Source: an uncultured virus (IMG/VR IMGVR_UViG_3300037242_000028)
Taxonomy: Duplodnaviria; Heunggongvirae; Uroviricota; Caudoviricetes
DNA length: 20,000 nucleotides
Direction: 5' to 3' (one strand)
IMG/VR virus record: IMGVR_UViG_3300037242_000028
This document shows, piece by piece, positions 8,828-15,407 of this stretch. The notes under the pieces were generated by a model that made no database searches, was not told the DNA's origin, and was given only the letters and a program-made list of their open reading frames with translations. Made by a program: the position numbers and the translations under genes. Numbering within the stretch: position 1 is the stretch's first letter; every line of letters starts with the position of its first letter.

Positions 8828-9337
8828 TTATTCCCCCGCCATCTCCGCCGAGAAATAATCAGCGAAGTTCTGCATGACGTTTTGCACCACGCCGTTCAAA
8901 TCCCACTTCTTCGGGATCGTGACAGACGCCGTGCCGAACAGTTTGGGGGACTTGTCGGTGATCGAAAGCATCATAGGTTTCTTAGCGTTTCTGGCCGAAA
9001 CTAACGTGTCGCCCTCCGCCGGGCCATCGCCGATGGGGAGCCACAGCAACGGACTGCCGGTGATCGTGCCGCCGGTCTCGAAGATGTCGGCGTAGGGAAT
9101 ATCGTGGCTCATGCTAATACGCATGTTGTCGAGCGTGACGTGCAAGCCATCGGTCCATCTGCCGCCGAACTTGCCCGAGCTAGAAATCACACTACGAGCT
9201 TGTTCTTCTATCATCGACCGGCACATATTCAGGGCGGCGGTGACGGCCGTATTGACCTGCGCGATAGTCGCGTTGATATTTTTCGTGACCTTCTCGGCGA
9301 TGTCGCCCCCGGTGACGGTGATTGTTACCTCAACCAT
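8828..9337 (-). CDS. HK97 gp10-like / DUF6441-like tail completion (neck) protein (169 aa)
   Basis: Start re-assigned to ATG 9337 (TAATG overlap with the stop of the frameshifted chaperone); motif SHDIPYADIFETGGTITGSPLLWLPI. Confidence 0.65.
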   Translation of the reverse strand: MVEVTITVTGGDIAEKVTKNINATIAQVNTAVTAALNMCRSMIEEQARSVISSSGKFGGRWTDGLHVTLDNMRISMSHDIPYADIFETGGTITGSPLLWLPIGDGPAEGDTLVSARNAKKPMMLSITDKSPKLFGTASVTIPKKWDLNGVVQNVMQNFADYFSAEMAGE

Positions 9338-9630
9338 TAGTTCATTTCCCCTTCCCAAGTCTGCAATTGCTTGTTGAGAGCTTCCTCTTTCCCGCGTGAT
9401 GCCATCGCGCCTAGCGACAGAAAATCGTAGTTGTCACGATCCCGTCGCCGATCAGCCAAAAAGAGGAAGGCTGTTATTTGGCGAGGGGTGTAGTTCCAGA
9501 CGACGCTTGTGGGGTGTCCATTGGCAATGAGGGCTTCGACTCCGGCAGCGATTTCATATCCGGGCCCTTGCCATCGCTTCCTGATTTGACTGCGACGGCG
9601 GCCTCGTGCATACGGAGCACCCTCGATACG
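9337..9630 (-). CDS. -1 frame extension of the tail assembly chaperone (gpGT-like; about 216 aa fusion)
   Basis: The -1 frame is open from just after a TAG upstream of the slippery heptamer to TAA at 9339-9337. It encodes RIEGAPYARG...IAAGVEALIANGHPTSVVWNYTPRQITAFLFLADRRR...WEGEMN. Confidence 0.8.
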   Translation of the reverse strand, partial: RIEGAPYARGRRRSQIRKRWQGPGYEIAAGVEALIANGHPTSVVWNYTPRQITAFLFLADRRRDRDNYDFLSLGAMASRGKEEALNKQLQTWEGEMN

Positions 9631-9986
9631 AAAGGGCCGAAGCCACTCCTAAAGGTTTGCCTAAAGACCGCCTCGACTATGTTTATTTGCGTCTCGATTG
9701 GCAGGCCGCTCGCGATTTCTTCACTATCTGGATCGCCCGGATTTCCCGTTCCGGCTGCGATGATTGCACCGACCGCTTCTGGCGCTTGTAAGACAACATC
9801 GTTGATAGAAATGATGTCACCACTAAGCCACCGCTGCATGTCGGGGAAACGAACTATAAGAATGAGACAGCCTTTTGCCGAGATACCTTTCACCTTGAGT
9901 TTTTTGCCGTCGCCGACTTCGACATCTTCCCCGATGTCGGCGATGTCTGCCAAGCTCAAGCCTTGTTCTTTGGGGGGACTCGTCAT
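9474..9986 (-). CDS. Tail assembly chaperone (gpG-like, 170 aa)
   Basis: Between tail tube and tape measure genes; GGAG RBS; GFGPFV motif at the slippery site. Confidence 0.85.
   Translation of the reverse strand: MTSPPKEQGLSLADIADIGEDVEVGDGKKLKVKGISAKGCLILIVRFPDMQRWLSGDIISINDVVLQAPEAVGAIIAAGTGNPGDPDSEEIASGLPIETQINIVEAVFRQTFRSGFGPFVSRVLRMHEAAVAVKSGSDGKGPDMKSLPESKPSLPMDTPQASSGTTPLAK
9630..9636 (-). other. Programmed -1 frameshift slippery heptamer C CCT TTC
   Basis: X XXY YYZ pattern in the correct phase within gpG (GGC CCT TTC). Confidence 0.8.
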
Positions 9987-10126
9987 GATGAGGGGACTCC
10001 GTTATCGGTAAAGTGGGGAATTACAGATAGCCGCGTCAGCCCCGACGAGCGCGCCCGCCGGGGCCTCCGCAACCCGCGCCACTCCTAGAAGGTGGCGAAG
10101 CTAGTTTATGCGGGGATTAAGTGCCT

Positions 10127-10153
10127 TAATCGCCGCAAATTCTGCGGCGATTA
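10127..10153. other. 11-bp inverted repeat TAATCGCCGCA-AATTC-TGCGGCGATTA at the 3' end of the 153-aa ORF
   Basis: Perfect stem with no U-tract; overlaps palindrome GATTAAG-tgc-CTTAATC (10115-10131). Confidence 0.55.
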
Positions 10154-10612
10154 CGCGCCTGACCGCGATGAACCCGCGACCGGAGCCGGACGGGGTGCCG
10201 CCGGGCTCGGCCGGGTATTCTGCCGCATGCCCGCCGGTACGGTCGGCGGCATCGGCTTGATCGAGGAGCGCGACATCGGCTGCGCGCCTGCTGTCATTGT
10301 GGGGGCCGCGACGGGGGCTTTGACCACTGTTGCTGCGGCCGGTGTGGCTGCGGTCGTCGGAGCGGCCGGGATGATCTTGGGCCGCGTCGTAGCAGGAGTC
10401 AGTGCAGGAGTCAGTGGCATGAGGGACGCCTTGGCCGACGTAGTGGATGCGGATGTCACGGTGCCCTGCATAGTCAAATCGGCAAGCTCGGCTTGGGCCG
10501 CCGCGAGAAGCGGGGGAAGATCGGTGTTGAACGGATCGGCCGCGACGCGAGCAGTAAGCTCGTTCACGATGCTTTGCAACTGAGTGGTGCGCTGCGCGAT
10601 GGTCTCTGCCAT
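10151..10612 (-). CDS. Hypothetical protein (153 aa): helical N-terminus and Pro/Ala/Thr-rich disordered tail
   Basis: GGGAG RBS; co-oriented; tight spacing to the upstream gene. Confidence 0.7.
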   Translation of the reverse strand: MAETIAQRTTQLQSIVNELTARVAADPFNTDLPPLLAAAQAELADLTMQGTVTSASTTSAKASLMPLTPALTPATTRPKIIPAAPTTAATPAAATVVKAPVAAPTMTAGAQPMSRSSIKPMPPTVPAGMRQNTRPSPAAPRPAPVAGSSRSGA

Positions 10613-10627
10613 GGTCGTCTCCCTTTA

Positions 10628-10855
10628 TTACACTGCCGAGGGCGGGTAGCCCGGAACTACTGCCGCGTTCACGGCCGTCTGATCGAGAGCGGCAAGCGCC
10701 GCCTTTGAAGCCTGTAGCTGCGCCTTCACCAGTGCAGCGTGTGAAGTCATTGACACCACATGCTGCTTCAACGCTATGATCTGTGCCGAAGTGACCTTTC
10801 CAAAAACCGGGCCCATCCGGTAAGCGGGCGATATGACGCGCGTCTCTTGAGTCAT
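10628..10855 (-). CDS. Hypothetical protein (75 aa), possible coiled coil
   Basis: Purine-rich upstream sequence (AAGGA..AGGG); co-oriented; fills the gap between neighbours. Confidence 0.6.
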   Translation of the reverse strand: MTQETRVISPAYRMGPVFGKVTSAQIIALKQHVVSMTSHAALVKAQLQASKAALAALDQTAVNAAVVPGYPPSAV

Positions 10856-10876
10856 GCGAGGGGGACCCTAGTTCCT

Positions 10877-10960
10877 TGTCCCGGTCGCCCGAACGGCCCC
10901 CTTGCGGAAGCCGTCCGGGTTCGCGAGACGAGCCGCGCCGCCGAAGCGGCGCAGCAAGCT
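10877..10960 (-). other. Twin RNA hairpins (cUUCGg loop 10932-10955; GCAA loop 10888-10919) downstream of the tail tube gene
   Basis: GCUGCGCCGC-UUCG-GCGGCGCGGC and CCCGGACGGCUUCC-GCAA-GGGGGCCGUUCGGG; the G-U pairs form only on the minus strand. Confidence 0.7.
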
Positions 10961-10964
10961 CAAA

Positions 10965-11546
10965 TTACAGTTCCGTTGCGGACGGGCTTGCAGGCAGGGT
11001 GGTCGTCGCCGTGCCGAAGCCGCCGGTGAGCCGGTCGTACAGCACGTCGCCTTTGAGTTCGATGGTGCCGTAGGCATTTCCGATGAACGCGATGGCCTTC
11101 GAGGGCTTGAGCGAGACCAGCGGGAATAGCGTCGTCCAGATTGGCCCCACGTCGTTCGCGCCAATGAATTGCACTGCCCCGTAAATAACCGGGTCGGCGA
11201 AGATGTCGATGGTGTCGGGACTCGGCGACGGGCCGCCAGTCGGCAGACCGAGCAGCGCGAGGCCCATGTTGCGCGCGGTGAATTCTTCGAGGACCATCGT
11301 CAGTTCGCCCGAGATTTCGGTGACCGCCGTGAAGTCCTTGACCTTGACGCCGGTCATGGACGAATAGTGGTCAAGCTGAGTGACCTTGGCGAAAAACTCG
11401 AATTGGGGACTGTTGCCGCATGGCGTGTAGGTGTTCTCGCCGAGCAACTGAATGCTGACCAGTCCGCGACCAATGTAGTAGTTGCCGATGTTCGGGCTGG
11501 AAAGCGAGCCTTCGATGTCGAAGGCCGGATTTTGCGTGTCACCCAT
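10965..11546 (-). CDS. Major tail (tube) protein (193 aa)
   Basis: SPN..NYYIGRG..GNSPQFEF..LDHYSS..GVKVKD motifs typical of proteobacterial siphovirus tail tube proteins; GGGAG RBS; synteny. Confidence 0.85.
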   Translation of the reverse strand: MGDTQNPAFDIEGSLSSPNIGNYYIGRGLVSIQLLGENTYTPCGNSPQFEFFAKVTQLDHYSSMTGVKVKDFTAVTEISGELTMVLEEFTARNMGLALLGLPTGGPSPSPDTIDIFADPVIYGAVQFIGANDVGPIWTTLFPLVSLKPSKAIAFIGNAYGTIELKGDVLYDRLTGGFGTATTTLPASPSATEL

Positions 11547-11572
11547 GGCACCGTCTCCCTAAAAGGATCAAA

Positions 11573-11595
11573 GCGCAAACCCCCATGGGCGGCGC
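11573..11595 (-). promoter_or_regulatory. AUGG-loop leader hairpin upstream of the tail tube gene
   Basis: GCGC-C-GCCC-AUGG-GGGU-UU-GCGC; loop about 37 nt upstream of the ATG. Confidence 0.55.
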
Positions 11596-11610
11596 GGAAT
11601 TAGATGGACC

Positions 11611-11619
11611 ATTAACCAT
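11611..11619 (-). promoter_or_regulatory. ATGGTTAAT motif copy 2
   Basis: Intergenic, 65 nt upstream of the tail tube start. Confidence 0.55.
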
Positions 11620-11633
11620 ATTCTGAGGGGGAT

Positions 11634-11661
11634 AGCAACCGGGGACTTGACCCCGGTTGCT
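11634..11661. other. 11-bp inverted repeat AGCAACCGGGG-ACTTGA-CCCCGGTTGCT
   Basis: Perfect stem after the tail terminator gene; no U-tract. Confidence 0.55.
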
Positions 11662-11692
11662 GCCCGGGTAAAACCCTGAATTGGAGGGGCTT

Positions 11693-12238
11693 TTAGCCCC
11701 CGCTCGGCAGGTTGATCCCGACGTACTCATTCTGAATGAGGGGGTACGTGAACGTGATCGAAATTCCCAACTGGCCCTTCATTGTTCGGTTACGGGCCAA
11801 GTCCGTCACGCAACCGTCGTACACGATGTTGCCGTTCGGCCCGACGATACCCTGCAACGCCTTATCCGGTAGCACCGCGCCCAAGATCGCGAGTCTCGCC
11901 GTGTTCAAGTCCTGCCCCACGTTTCGGTTCGTGATACCTCGAACTTCGAGGACCACGTAAATCTCTGGCGTCATCTTCATGATGCTCGGCGGGACGGCCC
12001 GCTCTATCAAGCCTCGCGCGGGTAACTGAGCACGCGGGTCCTTGATTTCGTCGGCGTCGAGAATGATAATTCCCGGCACCAACAGCGCGGGAAGTTCGTT
12101 CCGGTTTGAAACGATATTCCCCGGTACAATCGGCTTTGGTCCATCGGGGCCGCCTAGCAGCGGGATATTCAAGCCACCGAGCAACACATAGAGGCGGCTC
12201 AAAACAAGTTGCCGCCGGTCGTTTACGGAAAAAGCCAT
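11693..12238 (-). CDS. Tail terminator / completion protein (181 aa)
   Basis: Directly before the tail tube gene; GGAG RBS; architecture (DRRQLVLSRL..PGIIILDADE..ISITFTY) fits the terminator fold. Confidence 0.7.
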   Translation of the reverse strand: MAFSVNDRRQLVLSRLYVLLGGLNIPLLGGPDGPKPIVPGNIVSNRNELPALLVPGIIILDADEIKDPRAQLPARGLIERAVPPSIMKMTPEIYVVLEVRGITNRNVGQDLNTARLAILGAVLPDKALQGIVGPNGNIVYDGCVTDLARNRTMKGQLGISITFTYPLIQNEYVGINLPSGG

Positions 12239-12250
12239 GGGGGACTCTCC

Positions 12251-12664
12251 TTACAATTTCACGTTTGTTTGGTACAGCACGACGATGCCGCCGGGGGAGT
12301 AAAGCTTCAAAGGTTGAGTGAAGGACAAGACTTCGTTGACGACTGTGCCGCCGGGCTGGACGTAGGTAATCAGTTGCTCGTACTCCCAATCCGGGGCCAA
12401 GTTCGGGATGTCGCCGAGCCCGGCCGCGAACAGGATCGTCCGCTCGGTGGGGTTCGCGAGTTGAGTCTGAGCGTCCCGGGGCATGTAGTCGGAGACCACT
12501 ATAACGCACGGCCGTAGCACGAGCGTCTCGTTATTTCTGAGGTTCGCTGGCATCCCGTAGTCCGCGATTAGCTCGTCCGCGACTGCGAGCATTTCGGCAT
12601 AGAACAACTCGCCGACCCCGATGTTGCCCGCGCTCGATCCGCCGCCGCTGAATTTTGCGAGCAT
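12251..12664 (-). CDS. Head closure / head-tail joining protein (137 aa)
   Basis: FYAEMLAVADELIADYG N-terminus and SPGGIVVLYQTNV C-terminus typical of head-closure proteins following DnaT-like adaptors. Confidence 0.7.
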   Translation of the reverse strand: MLAKFSGGGSSAGNIGVGELFYAEMLAVADELIADYGMPANLRNNETLVLRPCVIVVSDYMPRDAQTQLANPTERTILFAAGLGDIPNLAPDWEYEQLITYVQPGGTVVNEVLSFTQPLKLYSPGGIVVLYQTNVKL

Positions 12665-12676
12665 GACTAACCCCCC

Positions 12677-13657
12677 TTACAGGATGATGCTTCGGCCGCC
12701 GCCAGCGCGCAGAATTCCGGCGCTACCCATGATCCGATCAACTTGCGGGAAGGTCGCGAAGAAGCCGAGGCCAATCGCGACGTTGTAGGCTTTGGTCACT
12801 TTGATAGGCCCGACTTCCTGAGAGTAGCTGGACAACACGCCGCCAGCCGTGACGATTGTTGGATCGTAATCCGGTTGCAGCACGACGCCGTTGAGCGCGC
12901 GAGCCGCAAGCTCGGCGCACGCGTACTTGATCGCCTGCGGAATTCCGAACACCGTGTCGCCGTTCATATCAATGACACCGACGCGCGGCCATTCGAGAGC
13001 TTGCTGTGTGGCGCTCGGCGTAAACCACGCCGAGTAGTTCGTGCCCGGGCCGCCGCCGAGGAAGCCCATCTCACCAAGCCACGGGTCAATGAAGCCGATG
13101 CTCGGGTCAAATGCGCCGTTACTCATGAATTGCAAAAGCTTGACGCCTTTGTACCGATACCGCTGGTCGATGTAGTCGGATGCTTGCACGATGGCGTTTT
13201 GGATCGCTTCGGACGGGCTGTCCGGGTAGGTGAAGTTGCCGCGCGCTCCGGTGTACTGCGCGAGGAAGTCGGGATAGATGTAGGCGTTCGCCATTGTTGC
13301 GGCGGCGATGTCGAGCGTCAGGCCCTCGTTCGCGCCAGTCGTCCATGTCACAGTGCCACTCTCGGGCCACGCTGAATTCAAGAGTGAGCCGGGGCCGGAG
13401 CCTTCGCCGTCGAGTCGGATCGGCCCGACTGCGGTCGTGATACCGAAGTCACCGTTCCCGCTGTTCTCGACATTTTGATTGACGGTGAACGGGAGCGAGA
13501 CGGTTTTGCCACTCCACGATTGAAGGCCCGCGTAAACGCCGGTGTCGCCGACTTCGACAGGGTTCTCGGGACCCGGCGAGCTAACAGGCGAAAGCTGCGC
13601 CACGGTGCCCGTGCGGTCCTGCACGGCGAAGATTAAAAGGGTCCCAAAGTCACTCAT
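12677..13657 (-). CDS. Head-tail adaptor, 'DnaT-like ssDNA-binding' family, with insertions (326 aa)
   Basis: Motifs ANAY, AIVQASDYID, YKG, QALEWPR, IPQAIKYACAELA and EVGPI; ATGA overlap with the upstream gene. Confidence 0.8.
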   Translation of the reverse strand: MSDFGTLLIFAVQDRTGTVAQLSPVSSPGPENPVEVGDTGVYAGLQSWSGKTVSLPFTVNQNVENSGNGDFGITTAVGPIRLDGEGSGPGSLLNSAWPESGTVTWTTGANEGLTLDIAAATMANAYIYPDFLAQYTGARGNFTYPDSPSEAIQNAIVQASDYIDQRYRYKGVKLLQFMSNGAFDPSIGFIDPWLGEMGFLGGGPGTNYSAWFTPSATQQALEWPRVGVIDMNGDTVFGIPQAIKYACAELAARALNGVVLQPDYDPTIVTAGGVLSSYSQEVGPIKVTKAYNVAIGLGFFATFPQVDRIMGSAGILRAGGGRSIIL

Positions 13658-13944
13658 GGCGTTGGCGCTCCCATATAGAGGAATTGCAAGAGAGACTGAT
13701 TATCAGCGCGGACCCAAGTCACGCCACCACTTTCCGCATCGGTGAACGACTGACCATAGGGAGCGTTGGGACCAGTCGTGCCACTGTGTGATGCGATGTA
13801 AGCCGCCCCGCCGCTCGACACGTACTGGCCCTCGCTCACGTCAAGGTTCTCTGACCATGGCGTGAGCGATTGCAGCACTTGGTTCGCGAGTCTACGCCGA
13901 CGCGCGTAATACATGGCCGCCTGTTGAGCACGGGTGATCGTCAT
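13654..13944 (-). CDS. Small virion-associated protein (96 aa) with CBM5/12-like module
   Basis: Start re-assigned to ATG 13944 (MTITRAQQ...); PW..GQYVSSGGAAYIA..GTTG..P..GGVTW motif. Confidence 0.65.
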   Translation of the reverse strand: MTITRAQQAAMYYARRRRLANQVLQSLTPWSENLDVSEGQYVSSGGAAYIASHSGTTGPNAPYGQSFTDAESGGVTWVRADNQSLLQFLYMGAPTP

Positions 13945-13949
13945 TTTAT

Positions 13950-14093
13950 TTACAGGACCCCGAGAAGAAACAAGATCAGGAGAATGATGAGGATTGTTCC
14001 GAGTCCGATGCCCCCTCCGCCGATGCCGCCGATGTAGTGGCCGCCGCCGCCGAACAGGAGAATGAGAACGATAATCAAAAGGATCAAGCCCAT
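13950..14093 (-). CDS. Small two-TM membrane protein, DUF3309-like (47 aa)
   Basis: MGLILLIIVLILLFGGGGHYIGGIGGGGIGLGTILIILLILFLLGVL; strong GAGGAGG RBS before ATG 14093. Confidence 0.8.
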   Translation of the reverse strand: MGLILLIIVLILLFGGGGHYIGGIGGGGIGLGTILIILLILFLLGVL

Positions 14094-14116
14094 GGTCGCC
14101 TCCTCTGTTGTAGAAC

Positions 14117-14166
14117 AAAAAAGCCCCCGCCCCACGCGGCCATTAGGCCGCTGCGGGGCGAGGGCT
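14117..14166 (-). terminator. Intrinsic terminator
   Basis: AGCCCUCGCCCCGCAGCGGCC-UAAU-GGCCGCGUGGGGCGGGGGCU followed by a U-run. Confidence 0.8.
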
Positions 14167-14213
14167 GTATATGATTGGGTTGACAGTCCCGCGTATTCTG
14201 TCAACGGATGTGT

Positions 14214-14969
14214 TTACGCTTTGGTTCCCGGAGTCATCGCCCGAGCTTCCCGCGCTGCGGTTTGCGCCGCCTCCGCCGCACTACCCGGGACAACCATTCC
14301 GAGCTTCGCCGCTTCTTTCAGGCTGAAAGTGCCCTTGGAGCGGCCGGGTCCGTAACCTTTATTCGCCGAAAAACCACCGGGACGCCGAATTTGATCCAAA
14401 TGAGACGCCGCCGCCGCCCCCTGTTGAACCCGAGCTTGGCGAATTTCCGCTTCCGCCCGTAAGTGCGCCTTGATGTTCTCCGCCGCCGTCATTGGCGGAA
14501 ACCATTTGTGCAGGTCACGCTGAGCGGCGGTTAACTCGTGAGCCGCATCGTTCTGCATCACAATGCCGTCGCGCTGCATCGCTTTACCCGCTTCGCGCTT
14601 CTGTTCGGCGTCCTTGACGCGCTTCGTGAGATGCGCCCGAAGCTGAGCATCCGAAACTACTACTTCCTCAGTCCCCGCGATTGCAGCAGCCTTGGCGGCT
14701 TTGTCGTCGAGAACAGGCTTCGTCACTGAGACCTTGGCTTCGACCGGAGCGATTGGCTCGATTGGAGTCGCCGCCTTCGGCGCTTTCGCTTCTACAGCCG
14801 CAGCCCGGTCAAAGCCCGGACGCGCGGCCTGAATGTCACTGCGCTTGATTGTCTGGTCGTTGGCGAGCTTCTGGACTGTGCCGGTATTCGGGAGTCCATC
14901 GGTATTCCAATGACTGTCGTCGGACGGGTCGAGTTGCGCGAGCGCAGCTAGAACTTTGGGGGTTTCCAT
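14214..14969 (-). CDS. Conserved phage head-region protein (251 aa)
   Basis: Start re-assigned to METPK (GAGG RBS). N-terminal ALAQLDP..D.HW..DGLP..R.DI.AA.PGF.R motif is recalled from proteins downstream of capsid genes; the middle looks coiled-coil. Confidence 0.75.
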   Translation of the reverse strand: METPKVLAALAQLDPSDDSHWNTDGLPNTGTVQKLANDQTIKRSDIQAARPGFDRAAAVEAKAPKAATPIEPIAPVEAKVSVTKPVLDDKAAKAAAIAGTEEVVVSDAQLRAHLTKRVKDAEQKREAGKAMQRDGIVMQNDAAHELTAAQRDLHKWFPPMTAAENIKAHLRAEAEIRQARVQQGAAAASHLDQIRRPGGFSANKGYGPGRSKGTFSLKEAAKLGMVVPGSAAEAAQTAAREARAMTPGTKA

Positions 14970-14995
14970 TTGATAGCCTCTTGCTTGGGGACACG

Positions 14996-15017
14996 CCCCG
15001 ATGCCCATGCAGCGGGG
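14996..15017 (-). promoter_or_regulatory. AUGG-loop leader hairpin upstream of the 251-aa gene
   Basis: CCCCG-C-UGC-AUGG-GCA-U-CGGGG; loop about 36 nt upstream of the ATG. Confidence 0.55.
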
Positions 15018-15033
15018 AAAGCTCTTAAAGGTT

Positions 15034-15111
15034 GGCGGCGGAGAGGGTTTTCCACCCCCGTCCGCCGCCGATCAGTATCCGCCGGAAGTCCCCCCTCTGG
15101 ACGGACACCGA
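15034..15111 (-). other. Twin RNA hairpins downstream of the 70-aa gene
   Basis: UCGGUGUCCGUC..GGCGGAUACUGA (15072-15111) and GGCGGCGGA-C-GGGGGU-GGAAA-ACCCUC-UCCGCCGCC (15034-15069). Confidence 0.6.
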
Positions 15112-15115
15112 AGGC

Positions 15116-15328
15116 TTAAAGCTGACCGAGGCTTGTCGCCGCCGCGATTTGCTCAGCGGTGTAGCTGTCGAGCAAGCCGAAGATCGCGGCCGAAGTCGTG
15201 CCGAGGCGCGTCGCCTGTAAGGACAGGAACGAAAGCTCTTGCTTGCTATGATTGAGTCTCGTGAAGTTCGCATAGCGTTGGTGACGCTTGTGCAAACGAG
15301 GCGAAGCGAGGGAGTCAAAATCAGCCAT
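15116..15328 (-). CDS. Hypothetical protein (70 aa), basic N-terminus
   Basis: AAGGA RBS; co-oriented; bounded by hairpins on both sides. Confidence 0.6.
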   Translation of the reverse strand: MADFDSLASPRLHKRHQRYANFTRLNHSKQELSFLSLQATRLGTTSAAIFGLLDSYTAEQIAAATSLGQL

Positions 15329-15342
15329 TGGCGTGCATCCTT

Positions 15343-15401
15343 GGTTTGAAGAAGCGGCCGGAAGCCAAGTCTTAGTTGGCTTCCGGCGTATCTCTTAAAC
15401 C
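15343..15401 (-). other. Long imperfect hairpin immediately after the capsid stop
   Basis: 12-bp core GCCGGAAGCCAA-CUAAGAC-UUGGCUUCCGGC (15357-15387), extended by GGUUU-AAGA / UCUU-C-AAACC. Confidence 0.65.
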
Positions 15402-15407
15402 CGCTGG

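Noticed and set aside
12677..13657. Primosomal DnaT replication function
   Set aside because: The family label is misleading; position between capsid and head-closure genes indicates a head-tail adaptor.
13945..14204. Longer starts for ORFs 13654..14118 and 13950..14204
   Set aside because: They overlap the terminator or the membrane peptide gene; internal ATGs at 14093 and 13944 give clean non-overlapping genes.
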